A DNA stretch of 52,879 bases from Candidatus Limnocylindria bacterium (GTDB taxonomy: Bacteria; Chloroflexota; Limnocylindria; Limnocylindrales; CSP1-4), in assembly GCA_041484785.1 (NCBI GenBank), contig JBGPIH010000003.1:1-52879 (forward strand), read 5' to 3'. Both the position numbers and the translations under genes were made by a program. Shown here one piece after another: positions 34,717-44,015 of this stretch (positions within the stretch are counted from its first letter, which is position 1; the number at the start of each line of letters is the position of its first letter). Below the pieces are notes generated by a model, which searched no databases, was not told the origin of the DNA, and saw only the letters and a program-made list of their open reading frames with translations.

Positions 34717-37017
34717 ATGCGTCGTAACGCCCTCCTCCTCGGGATCTTCACCCTCTCGGGGGCGGCGGGCCTGATCTACGAGATCGTCTGGTCGCGCCAG
34801 CTCGTGCTCGTCTTCGGGAACACGACCCAGGCCATCTCGGCGATCCTGACCGGGTTCTTTGCCGGGTTGGCGATCGGGGCCGTCGTCGGTGGCCGGATTG
34901 CCGACCGGGTCCGCTCCCCGCTCCGGATGTACGGGATCCTGGAGATCCTGCTCGTTGCCGTCGTGCTGGTGACGCCGGTCTCGTTCCGGTTGATTCACGA
35001 GGTCTACCGCGGGATCTATCCCTCCATCGAGGGGACGGCTGCGCTGCCGCTGCTGCGGCTCGTCCTGGCTGTGGTCGCCGTCTCTCCCGCCACGATCATG
35101 ATGGGCGCGACGTTCCCGAGCCTGGTTCGCCACTTCACGCGGTCGGCCCAGCTCAGCCACTCCTTTGGCCGGCTCTATGCCGCCAACACCTTCGGCGCGA
35201 TCGTCGGGACGCTGGTGGCGGGCCTGGCCCTGATCGAGATCCTCGGTCTCTCCGGGGCGTTGACCGTTGGTGCCGGCTGCTCGTTCATCGCGGGTATCTC
35301 GGCCGTCTGGCTGTCACGGACGGACCCGCAACCGGTCGACAGGGCTGGCTCGATGCCTGTCGACAACGCCGAATCGTCGGGCCGTCCGTCACGGCCGTCG
35401 CGGATGCGGCTGGCGCTGACGATCGCCTTCATCTCCGGGTTGACCTCGCTCGGGTACCAGGTGACCTGGACCCGGTTGCTGGCATCGGGGACCGGGAACA
35501 CGACCTATGTGTTCACCGTGATCCTGGGGGTCTTTCTCGCCGGGATCGCGATCGGGGCGATGATCTTCAACGTGCTGCGTCCGCGCCTGCGTGACCCGAT
35601 TCGCGTCCTGGCACTCACGCAGGTGCTCCTGGCGGCCTTCGTGATCATCGGCCTGGTCACAGGGCTGACCCATCCGAACAGCGTCAACCCCAACCACCCC
35701 ATCGAGACGGTGATTTCGCTGCTCGGGTCAGCAGTGCGAACGATCCTGCCGGCAACGATCGTCCTCGGGATCGCGTTTCCTATATCGTCCGCCCTGCTCC
35801 GCGAGGATGGATCGGAACCCGGCACCGATTCGGGCTCACTGCTGGCAGTCAACACGACGGGGGCCATCCTTGGCAGCCTGATCGTGCCGTTCATCCTCAT
35901 GCCCACGATCGGTTCGCCGGCGGTGCTGGCGCTCCTGGCCGCCATCAACGGCGGCGTGGGGATCTGGCTCGGGCTGATCAGCCGGCCGCGCGGCATGCCG
36001 AGCGTCCTCTTTGGCTTCGCGTCGTTGATCGCGGTCGTCGCCGTGGTCGCCGTTCCCGGCCTGATCACCCAGCCGAACGCGTACCTTGTGGTCAAGTCGG
36101 GCGGCGACCTGTTCGCGTCCACCGAGGACGAGATTGCGTCCGTCCAGGCCGGTGAGACGAGCTTAACCCCCCAGCTCTGGGTGGCCGGCACGGCGATGAC
36201 CGTCCTGACCGTGGACGCGAAGCTCATGCCGATCCTGCCCCTCATCGCGCGGCCTGGCTCACGGGACGCGCTGGTCGTGGCGTTCGGGATGGGGACCGCG
36301 TTCCGGTCCGCGCTTATCGCCGGCCTGCACACCGACGTCGTCGAGCTGGTGCCGTCGGTCCCAGGGATGTTCCCGTTCTACTACTCCGATGCGGCAGACG
36401 TGCTGGCCGACCCAAACGGGCACGTGATCATCGCGGATGGCCGGAATCACCTGGAGCTGACCGACAATCGCTACGACATCATCGTGACCGACCCGCCGCC
36501 GCCCATTGAGAGCTCCGGGGCCTCGGTCATCTCGTCGCGCGAGTACTACGAGGCCGGCCGGATGCATCTCACCGCCGACGGAATCATGATGGAGTGGGTC
36601 CCGTACGGCCAGACGATCGACGAGTTCAAGACGCACGTCCGAGCCTTCGCGTCCGTCTTCCCGCAGGTCACGATCGTGTTCGGGCCCGGTGGTTACGGGA
36701 CCTACATGCTTGGGTCGAGTGACCCCGTCGCCTTCGATCCCGACGCGATCCGGACGGTCCTGGCCCGTCCGGGGATTCTCGATGACATTTCGTCCGCGTA
36801 TGACAGCCCGACGCGGTCGGTCGACGGGTGGATCGCCGAGATCGACCAGCTGACGTGGATCTCGGGATCGGCCGTGGCGAGATTCGCGGGCGACGGACCG
36901 ATGGTGACCGACGACCGTCCGCTGTCTGAGTACTTCCTGCTCCGACGCCTTGGCGGGACGCATTCGCCGATCGCGGTGCCCTCCACGCTCCGCGCCGCAA
37001 CCGTGTCGGGCGGTTGA
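34717..37017 (+). CDS. Fused MFS-like / spermidine-synthase-like (SAM-fold) membrane protein
   Basis: Internal 6+6 TM repeat (SGAAGLIYEIVWSR..GNTT / SGLTSLGYQVTWTR..GNTT), a 13th helix, then AFGMG, VVEL, ADGRNHL, YDIIVTDPP, TDDRP. Confidence 0.88.
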   Translation: MRRNALLLGIFTLSGAAGLIYEIVWSRQLVLVFGNTTQAISAILTGFFAGLAIGAVVGGRIADRVRSPLRMYGILEILLVAVVLVTPVSFRLIHEVYRGIYPSIEGTAALPLLRLVLAVVAVSPATIMMGATFPSLVRHFTRSAQLSHSFGRLYAANTFGAIVGTLVAGLALIEILGLSGALTVGAGCSFIAGISAVWLSRTDPQPVDRAGSMPVDNAESSGRPSRPSRMRLALTIAFISGLTSLGYQVTWTRLLASGTGNTTYVFTVILGVFLAGIAIGAMIFNVLRPRLRDPIRVLALTQVLLAAFVIIGLVTGLTHPNSVNPNHPIETVISLLGSAVRTILPATIVLGIAFPISSALLREDGSEPGTDSGSLLAVNTTGAILGSLIVPFILMPTIGSPAVLALLAAINGGVGIWLGLISRPRGMPSVLFGFASLIAVVAVVAVPGLITQPNAYLVVKSGGDLFASTEDEIASVQAGETSLTPQLWVAGTAMTVLTVDAKLMPILPLIARPGSRDALVVAFGMGTAFRSALIAGLHTDVVELVPSVPGMFPFYYSDAADVLADPNGHVIIADGRNHLELTDNRYDIIVTDPPPPIESSGASVISSREYYEAGRMHLTADGIMMEWVPYGQTIDEFKTHVRAFASVFPQVTIVFGPGGYGTYMLGSSDPVAFDPDAIRTVLARPGILDDISSAYDSPTRSVDGWIAEIDQLTWISGSAVARFAGDGPMVTDDRPLSEYFLLRRLGGTHSPIAVPSTLRAATVSGG

Positions 37018-37028
37018 GGGGACCGGCC

Positions 37029-38294
37029 GTGAGGTCTCGACGGCTGCTCGTCCGCCTGGGTCTCGCGGCAGGGGCGTCTGTCTTCGCGCTCTATCTGGGC
37101 CTGTGGGGCGCGCTGATCGGGGGTGGTTCGGATGGGGCCGACTTCACCGCGTTCTACACAGGCTGGACGATGGTCGCCGACAGTCGCGGCGCCGAACTGT
37201 ACGACCCGACTGCCCAGGCACAGGTCCAGAAGGAGATCCTCGAAGGGCGCACGTTCAAGGCTGGCCTCAATCCGTTCAACAACCCGCCGCACCTCGTGCT
37301 GCCGTTCGTGCCTTTCGCCGCCTTACCCTTGCGAACCGCGTATCTGGTATGGGGCGCCGTCCAGGTCGGCCTGCTCGGCTGGATGCTCTTGCGATTGCTC
37401 ACGCGGGTCGCGGGCGGCTGGTCGCGCGAGGAACGGACGCTGCTCGTCGGCGCGTCGATCGCCGCGCCACCGCTCGCGCTCGCGCTGCTCCAGGGCTCGC
37501 TGTCGCTGCTGGTGGCGGTTGCGCTGCTGGAGGCCTACCTCGCGCTGCGAGTGGGCGGCGTTCGAGGGGCCGTGGCGGGGTTGGTGGCGGCCTCGGTCAA
37601 GCCGCAGGCCGTGCTGACGACCGGTGTCGCGCTGCTGGTCGGCCGGCGCTGGGCGGTTATCGGATGGAGCGCCCTGGCGGGCGTGCTGCTGGCGGCGTCC
37701 GCGACGGTCGTCATGGGCGTGGGGATCTGGACCGCCTACCTTCGATTCCTGGGCGACTACGTCGGCTCGTTCGACGTCTTCAGCGTTCGTCCTTCGGTCA
37801 TGTGGAACCTGCGCGGGACACTGGCCCTCCTCTCGGGACCGGAGCTTAGCGCGGCGCAGGCCAACCTCGTGAACACGCTGGCCCTGGCCGGTCAGGTCGC
37901 GGCGCTGGCCGCGGTCGCCTGGCTGTGGCGCGGGCGGTGGGACCCGGGGCGTCCGTCGTTCGCCCTGCGCTTCAGCCTGACCATCGTCCTCGGCCTGCTG
38001 TTCAGCCCGCACCTGAACCCGCACGACGACCTCCTGCTCGTGCCGGCCGCGGCCATCGCCTATGACGTGCTGCGTGAAGGAACGATCGGGCGCCCGCTGG
38101 GCGTCGCCATGTTCGCGGCGCCGTTCCTCGTCCTGGTCGTGAACGGGCTCAGCGTGAACGAGGTTGGCGGGCCGCCGATCCGGCTCCCGGTTCTACTGAT
38201 GCTGACGTTCTGTGCGGTGCTGGCCTGGGCCCTGGCCGCGCGTTCGAGCCCACCAGGCGATCAGGGGAAAGAGGCAGACGGTGTTCTCGCTTAG
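37029..38294 (+). CDS. GT87-family membrane glycosyltransferase
   Basis: GADFTAFY...LYD...NNPP...LQGS...VKPQ...SPHLNPHD; SD-like GAGG before GTG 37029 (alternative TTG 37014). Confidence 0.85.
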   Translation: MRSRRLLVRLGLAAGASVFALYLGLWGALIGGGSDGADFTAFYTGWTMVADSRGAELYDPTAQAQVQKEILEGRTFKAGLNPFNNPPHLVLPFVPFAALPLRTAYLVWGAVQVGLLGWMLLRLLTRVAGGWSREERTLLVGASIAAPPLALALLQGSLSLLVAVALLEAYLALRVGGVRGAVAGLVAASVKPQAVLTTGVALLVGRRWAVIGWSALAGVLLAASATVVMGVGIWTAYLRFLGDYVGSFDVFSVRPSVMWNLRGTLALLSGPELSAAQANLVNTLALAGQVAALAAVAWLWRGRWDPGRPSFALRFSLTIVLGLLFSPHLNPHDDLLLVPAAAIAYDVLREGTIGRPLGVAMFAAPFLVLVVNGLSVNEVGGPPIRLPVLLMLTFCAVLAWALAARSSPPGDQGKEADGVLA

Positions 38295-39008
38295 GGTGTA
38301 TTCCCAGCCCCGACCTCGGGCGTCCGCGATGACCCGGAAGTAGTCCGGCCACATCGGGAGGAAGGCCAGCGACACGAGCCCCAGGATCCCGAGGGCGAGC
38401 CACCAGTCGCGTCGCCTGATGCCGAGCAGGCCGAACGGGAAGAAGGTCGGCTTGACGAACACGAGCACGCCCATGGGTCGCCACCGGGTCGAGACGGCGA
38501 CCGCCGCGCCGATCCACATGGTCGGGTTGCCCTTGATGAACGTGTTGGCGAAGCCGGTGCCGGCCACCATGCACAGCGTGAGCAAGGGCCAGACCCACAA
38601 CGACGGGCGGTAGTAGACGACCACGCCCAGGATGATTGCGATCGGGATGACCCACCAGATGAAGGCCGGCAGCCACAGGAACGGAACGAAGAGCAGCAGG
38701 CTCGGCGGCGGGTAGAGTGAATCGCCGTTCTGGATGAGGTACGGGCCGGCGAGCTGGCGGGCGAGGTAGAAGCCACGGCCTGCCACGAAATCGGCGGCCC
38801 GATCCTGGTAGATGTGGAAGTCGAGGCCCATCCCGAGCTGGATGGCGCCCAGGATCAGCCACTCCAGCCCGAGGGCCAGGAAGATCCCGGTCGCCAGCAG
38901 CACGACGAGTCTCGTTCGCCCGGTCGGCGGTCGCTCCCGCACCGTGTCCTGGGCTCGGGCCAGGACGTTGACTACGACATGCCAGCGCGCGATGAGCGCA
39001 GGTCCCAC
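38193..39008 (-). CDS. Small GT87-like membrane glycosyltransferase, paralog of 5098-5898
   Basis: GLDFHIY...ARQLAGPY...LYPP...KGNP...VKP; start uncertain. Confidence 0.72.
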   Translation of the reverse strand: MGPALIARWHVVVNVLARAQDTVRERPPTGRTRLVVLLATGIFLALGLEWLILGAIQLGMGLDFHIYQDRAADFVAGRGFYLARQLAGPYLIQNGDSLYPPPSLLLFVPFLWLPAFIWWVIPIAIILGVVVYYRPSLWVWPLLTLCMVAGTGFANTFIKGNPTMWIGAAVAVSTRWRPMGVLVFVKPTFFPFGLLGIRRRDWWLALGILGLVSLAFLPMWPDYFRVIADARGRGWEYTLSENTVCLFPLIAWWARTRGQGPGQHRTERQHQ

Positions 39009-39010
39009 GC

Positions 39011-41173
39011 TCAGCCCTCGGACCCGACCGCCGTCAGGTCCGGCGCCGGTGTGATCGCCGCCCGCTCGTCGACCAGGTCTCGATCGGCCAGCAGCCGGAC
39101 GCGCCGGGCGAGGACGAAGGCGGCGACGTAGAGCAGGCCGACGACCACCAGCAGGGTCCGGAACCCCGTCAGCAGGGCGATGTACTCGAGCACCCCGCCG
39201 AACATCGCGCCGAGCAGGTTGGATGCGAACGCCATGTCCGCCGAGGCCGTGTCGCGGAACGAGTTGGTGAACACCAGGTTGGCGAAGAAGACGGGAGCGA
39301 AGGCGATCGCGGCCGACAAGGCATAGCGCAACTCGGGCGGGTCGATCAGCAGGGCATCCGCCGGGATCAGCCAGGCGATCGCGATCGCCACGAATAGGGC
39401 GCCATAGAGGAGTGCCGGGCTCTTCGGCCGGAACCTCGCGTTGATCGAGATCGCCAGCAGGACGCTGGCGAGGATCGCGAAGAAGGCCAGCGCGTTGACG
39501 ACCCACGTGGTCCCGAAGAGCAGGCTGAATGACACCAGGCTCTTCGTCTCCAGCAGCAGGAAGGCGACCCCGAGCGTGAAGAAATGCGGGCTGAAGCGGC
39601 GGATCGGGGTGGTCGTGACGCGAGCGGCGCCAGCGACCGCTACCAGCGCGAAGAGCAGCACGAACGCGAGGCCGGCCAGGTAGTACGGGGCGATGCTGCC
39701 AGTCCGGAGGTAGAGGAACGGCCAATCGTCCGTGGCCGGGCGCGGATCAGGCGTCCCGACGGTTGGGATGGCGTCCACCCTGCCGCCCGGCGGCTGGGCG
39801 CCGTGCAGGGCGTCAACGGCGGGACCGGCGGCCAGGATGGCCGCCGCCGTCGACTCGAGCCGCAGCAGCGGTGCGCTGCCGAAGACGTCTGCGATCATCG
39901 AATCGAGCTTGGTCACCAGCCATGGTTCGCGGTACAGGTTGTACATCGCGAACAAGCCGCCAGGCGCGAGGTGGTCGCGCGCTTCGCGCATCGATTCCTC
40001 GGTGAACAGGAACGATTCGAGCCGGACGCCCGCCGTGGAGCTGACCAGCGTCAGCGAGTCCGTCACGGCGTAGACGATCAGGTCGTACTTGTCGGGCGAC
40101 TGGTTGAGGAACGCCCGGCCGTCGTTGACATGAACCGTCACGCGTGGGTCGTTGTAGACGCCTTCGGGATGGAAATCCCGTCCGATCTGGGCAAGCTCGG
40201 GGTCGATCTCGACCGCGTCCACGTGCTTCGCGCCTTTCGACAGCGCCAGTGCGGTGTCAGTCCCCGAGCCGGCGCCGATGACAAGGACGCGGTCGAAGGT
40301 TCGATTCGGGAACCAGTCATACAGCTGGCGGTGGAGATCGCTCCTGGCCGCCGCCACCGAATCCCAGATCTGCTGGTGGGGGATGCCATCCACGGACAGG
40401 AAGTACGGCGGCAGCCGATCGGCGGGGTTCATCGAGGCATGCTTCAGGTCCGTGCCGTAGCCCGAGATCCGGTAGTAGGGCGACCAGACATCCAGGCTCG
40501 CGCTGCCGACGGCAGCGCTGGCCCCGATGACCAGGACCATTGCGATGCCGCTGAGGGCGGACCACGGCGTCGCCCCGGTCCCCAACGCCAGGAGCAGAAG
40601 CAACGCGCCCGTGACCGCGAACCAGGCCGTTGGGCCGGTCCCCAGGTAGGCCAGCACCGTGAACCCGGCGATACCGATCATCGAGCCGGAGATGTCGATC
40701 GCGTAGGCGCGCAGCGGCGGCATCGAGCGAAGGAGCGGCCCCAGGGGCAGCGCCAGCGACGCCATCAGGGTGGCGACCAGGACGACGAGCAGCGGCAGGA
40801 CGACGAAGTTGACGTCGGCGCTGTTCGACGTGTCGAGGCCAAAGATGATTTCGCTCGCGTCGCGTGCCTGGATGTTCAGCTGTGCGCCGTAGACCAGGAA
40901 GATGGTCCCAAGCAGGAGCGCCGGGAACGGCGAGATGACCAGGCGCCGATCGCGTCGCCCGAGCAGGATGCCAACACCGATGCCGAGGAAGCTGGCCATC
41001 AGCAGGAAGTTGCTGAAGAAGCCGACGTACGTGACGTTGGCCGGGATCCATCGGATCAGGAGCAGCTCGACGAACAGCAGCGTCGCGCTGGTGAGCAGCA
41101 ATCGAATCGGGGCGCCAGCGAGCAGCCGCACGGGCGCGAATGGCTGGCGAGGGTCAGGCAGGCGGCGGGCCAT
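39011..41173 (-). CDS. Membrane protein with a spermidine-synthase-like SAM-fold domain inserted between two TM bundles
   Basis: 7 TM, WSPYYRI, VLVIGAGSG, AVEIDP, NDGRAFL, ATDDWPFLY, then 7 TM. True start is ATG 41173; the track's longer ORF is antisense to the GNAT gene. Confidence 0.87.
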   Translation of the reverse strand: MARRLPDPRQPFAPVRLLAGAPIRLLLTSATLLFVELLLIRWIPANVTYVGFFSNFLLMASFLGIGVGILLGRRDRRLVISPFPALLLGTIFLVYGAQLNIQARDASEIIFGLDTSNSADVNFVVLPLLVVLVATLMASLALPLGPLLRSMPPLRAYAIDISGSMIGIAGFTVLAYLGTGPTAWFAVTGALLLLLALGTGATPWSALSGIAMVLVIGASAAVGSASLDVWSPYYRISGYGTDLKHASMNPADRLPPYFLSVDGIPHQQIWDSVAAARSDLHRQLYDWFPNRTFDRVLVIGAGSGTDTALALSKGAKHVDAVEIDPELAQIGRDFHPEGVYNDPRVTVHVNDGRAFLNQSPDKYDLIVYAVTDSLTLVSSTAGVRLESFLFTEESMREARDHLAPGGLFAMYNLYREPWLVTKLDSMIADVFGSAPLLRLESTAAAILAAGPAVDALHGAQPPGGRVDAIPTVGTPDPRPATDDWPFLYLRTGSIAPYYLAGLAFVLLFALVAVAGAARVTTTPIRRFSPHFFTLGVAFLLLETKSLVSFSLLFGTTWVVNALAFFAILASVLLAISINARFRPKSPALLYGALFVAIAIAWLIPADALLIDPPELRYALSAAIAFAPVFFANLVFTNSFRDTASADMAFASNLLGAMFGGVLEYIALLTGFRTLLVVVGLLYVAAFVLARRVRLLADRDLVDERAAITPAPDLTAVGSEG

Positions 41174-41181
41174 CGCGCGGC

Positions 41182-41302
41182 AGCCTATCACCCAGCCACG
41201 CGCAGGCGACGACCCCCGACGGTCCGGTTGGAGGTGACCCGGAGGTCCCGCCTCCTGTCGCCAGGTTGCTTCCGCAACCAAATCCGAGTCCGGTGCTAGA
41301 GT
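41182..41302. promoter_or_regulatory. Divergent promoter region with extended -10 boxes (TGaTAGGCT minus, hexamer 41182-41187; TGcTAGAGT plus, hexamer 41297-41302)
   Basis: 8 nt before ATG 41173 and 6 nt before GTG 41309. Confidence 0.6.
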
Positions 41303-41308
41303 TTCGCC

Positions 41309-42502
41309 GTGACCCCCACCACCCTCGACGCGGAGCCTGCTTGTCCGGCCCCGACCGAGACTCGACAAGCACCGGATCGTGTGCTCGCGGGGGCGTTCCA
41401 CGCCGAGCGGCGCAACGTCGCTGACATCCCGCGGGAATCCTGGGACGCGCTTGCCGCGCTGACCCCGTGGGCGACGCCGTTCTCGGGCTGGGCATTCCAG
41501 CGCGCCTGGTGGGACGCCTACGCCGAGAACGCGCACGAGGAGACCCTCCTGGTCTGCGCCTACGGGCCCGCCGGATCGGAACCCGTCGCCATCGTCCCGC
41601 TCATGCACCGCCACGAGGTCGAGCCGGGCGACGCGCTGATTCACACGACGATGCGGCACGGCGCCGGCGTCGAGCTGACGCGGGTCGAGCCGACCGCGAC
41701 CGCGGTCTTCTTCGGCGCCTCGTACCACGCGGACTACGCCACGATCCTGGGCGCGCCGGCCGACATGCCGGCGATCGCGGCGGCCGTCGCCGATCATCTC
41801 GTCGCCACCGGTGGCCGCCGACGGTGGGACGCCGTCGACCTGCGCCGGCTCCGCTGCGGCGACCCGGCGGCCGATGCCCTCGCCGCGGCATTCGGTGCGC
41901 GCGAGATCGCCGAAGGCTGGACGCTCAACGTGGAGCGCGAGGACGTCTGCCCGGTCGTCCACCTGCCGGTTGCCGCCTCCATGGACGACTACCTCGGGAC
42001 CCTCGGCAAGAAGGTGCGCCACGAGGTCCGGCGCAAGGTCCGCCGAGCCGAGGCGGCCGGCGCGGTTCGCCTCGAGGACTCGGCCGATCCGCGGGCCGAC
42101 CTGGAGGCCTTCATCGACCTGCACCAGAAGCGCTGGGGTTCGGACGGGCTCTTCCCGGACACGCCCGGCGGCGCCCAAAGCCGGGTCTTCTTCCGACGCC
42201 TGTTCGAGCTCGCCGGCGTCGAAGGCCCGCGACTCACCTTCCTGACCGTCGGTGGCCAGCGGATCGCGGCCGGGGTCCACTTCGAGACCGCGGACGGGAT
42301 CATGTACTACAACGCCGGAGTGGATCCGGACGCCCGCGACCTGTCGCCCGGCGTGCTCATGGTCCATGCCTACCTGGAACGCGCCCTCGCCGCCGGCAAG
42401 CGTCGGGTCGATTTCATGCGCGGCAACGAGCCTTACAAGTACGAATGGGGCGCCGAGGATGAGCCCATCCAGCGCATCCTCGTTCGCCGGCGGAACGGCT
42501 GA
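41309..42502 (+). CDS. GNAT-family acetyltransferase (CelD/BcsL-like)
   Basis: TPFSGWAFQRAWW, ADY, DYLGTLGKKVRHEVRRK, YNAG, SPG, DFMRGNEPYKYEWG. Confidence 0.88.
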   Translation: MTPTTLDAEPACPAPTETRQAPDRVLAGAFHAERRNVADIPRESWDALAALTPWATPFSGWAFQRAWWDAYAENAHEETLLVCAYGPAGSEPVAIVPLMHRHEVEPGDALIHTTMRHGAGVELTRVEPTATAVFFGASYHADYATILGAPADMPAIAAAVADHLVATGGRRRWDAVDLRRLRCGDPAADALAAAFGAREIAEGWTLNVEREDVCPVVHLPVAASMDDYLGTLGKKVRHEVRRKVRRAEAAGAVRLEDSADPRADLEAFIDLHQKRWGSDGLFPDTPGGAQSRVFFRRLFELAGVEGPRLTFLTVGGQRIAAGVHFETADGIMYYNAGVDPDARDLSPGVLMVHAYLERALAAGKRRVDFMRGNEPYKYEWGAEDEPIQRILVRRRNG

Positions 42503-42503
42503 A

Positions 42504-43718
42504 TTGAGCGCGCCGCTGCCCTGGGATCCGTGCCTGGAGCCCGTCGCTCGCGGCGCCCTGGCCGGCGGCCGCCCGATCCGGGTCGTTGAGGTCCTCGCAA
42601 CCGGCACGAACGGCGGCGCCCAGGAGCACCTCCATTCGCTGGTCACCCGGATGGACCCGCAGCGCTACGACGTCTCGGTCGTGGCCCTGTCCACCGGCAG
42701 CGCGGTGCGCAAGCTGGTCAAGGCCGGCGTCGCCGTCCTGGTCATCGACGATCCGGACGACTCGATCGCCGTTGGCGCGCTGGCCGCGCACCTGGCCGAG
42801 ATTCGCGCCGACGTCGTCCACGCCCACATGTATCGAGCCGAGAGCGTCGCCACGCGTGCCGTGGTCGCGCTCGGCGAAGCCGGCCAGCGCAAGCCGTACC
42901 TCGTCGCGACGATCCACTCGAGCCGGATCCGCTCGCTCGACGACCAGCGCCACCTGCGCGAGCTGACCCCGTACATGGACCGGCTCATCGCCGTCTCCCG
43001 GGCGATCGAACACAAGCTCATCGACGAGGAGCGGACGACCGTCCCGGTCAGCCTCGTCTACAACGGCGTTGATCTCCAGCGCTACGACAACCAGGAAGCC
43101 TGCTGCACGCTCCCCGAGGAGTACGGCATGGAGCCCGGCTCGCAGATCGTGGGCGTCGTCGCGCGCCTCGAGCCGGAGAAGGGGCACCCCACGCTGCTCG
43201 AGGCCTGGCCGGCCGTCCTGCGCGCCTGTCCCGGCACGTACCTGCTGATCGTGGGCGAGGGGAGCCGCCGCGACGCGCTGGAGGCCCAGGCGCGCGAGCT
43301 CCGGATCGCCCATCGCGTGATCTTCACCGGGCGGCGCGACGACGTGCCGGCTGTGACCGCCGCGCTGGACGTCGCGGTGCTGCCGTCGTACCGCGAAGCC
43401 CAGGGGATGGTGATCCTGGAGGCGATGGCGCTGTCGCGGCCGGTCGTGGCCTCGAACGTGGGCGGGATCCCGGAGATGATCGAGGACGGGAAGACGGGGC
43501 TGCTCGTGCCGCCCCACGATGCCGAGGCGCTGGCGGCGGCGATCGTTCGGCTGCTGACCAACCACCCGCTGGCCGACACGCTTGGGCGGGCCGGCCACGA
43601 CATGGTCCACGACCGCTTCTGCATCGAGCTCATGGTCGGCGCCATCGAATCGATTTACGACGAGGGGGCCGCCTTCGTACGGCCGTCCGAGGTCCCGGCG
43701 GTGGCGGTCGCCGGCTGA
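42504..43718 (+). CDS. GT4-family glycosyltransferase
   Basis: GGAQ, YNGVD, ARLEPEKG, EAQGMVILEAMA, GGIPE; TTG start 42504. Confidence 0.9.
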   Translation: MSAPLPWDPCLEPVARGALAGGRPIRVVEVLATGTNGGAQEHLHSLVTRMDPQRYDVSVVALSTGSAVRKLVKAGVAVLVIDDPDDSIAVGALAAHLAEIRADVVHAHMYRAESVATRAVVALGEAGQRKPYLVATIHSSRIRSLDDQRHLRELTPYMDRLIAVSRAIEHKLIDEERTTVPVSLVYNGVDLQRYDNQEACCTLPEEYGMEPGSQIVGVVARLEPEKGHPTLLEAWPAVLRACPGTYLLIVGEGSRRDALEAQARELRIAHRVIFTGRRDDVPAVTAALDVAVLPSYREAQGMVILEAMALSRPVVASNVGGIPEMIEDGKTGLLVPPHDAEALAAAIVRLLTNHPLADTLGRAGHDMVHDRFCIELMVGAIESIYDEGAAFVRPSEVPAVAVAG

Positions 43719-43963
43719 CGGAGCCTGAACCTGAACGATGGCCTCCATTGGATAGGTCGCGGTAAGCGGACCAGCGGGAATAGGCCGACCAGCACGACCG
43801 GCGAGAGGTAGTACCAACGCGGCAGGGCAAGGAACAAGGTCACGATCAGGGCCCACCGGTGATCGTTGCGCGCGGCCCACACGACAACGATGGCCGCCAC
43901 CGGAAGTCGCCATTCGATCCGCAGGAGAGGGTGACACTCGCGTGAGGGTAGCGCCAGGACCAT
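43655..43963 (-). pseudogene. C-terminal remnant of a GT87-like gene
   Basis: WRLPVAAIVVVWAARNDHRWALIVTLFLALP aligns by eye to LRLPAALVLVAWGGLTDRRWTVPAAATLGLP at the C-terminus of 6791-7642; the catalytic N-terminal part is absent. Confidence 0.62.
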
Positions 43964-44015
43964 CGGATGTCCTACCGTCCGATCGCCGCGACGAGAGTCC
44001 GGTGCGTCGTCACGC

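Noticed and set aside
34717-41173. Polyamine biosynthesis, or a mycobacterial methylthioxylose-type capping pathway
   Set aside because: The GGGDG motif is absent, and there is no SAM decarboxylase, MTA phosphorylase or nucleotidyltransferase in the window
41200-41282. SAM-I or SAH riboswitch (contains GCAACC)
   Set aside because: The other conserved core elements of these riboswitches are not recognisable
41174-42646. N-terminal ~490 aa of the 1211-aa ORF 39011-42646, suggesting a giant fusion
   Set aside because: It is the antisense shadow of the GNAT gene; a -10 box and ATG at 41173 give the natural start
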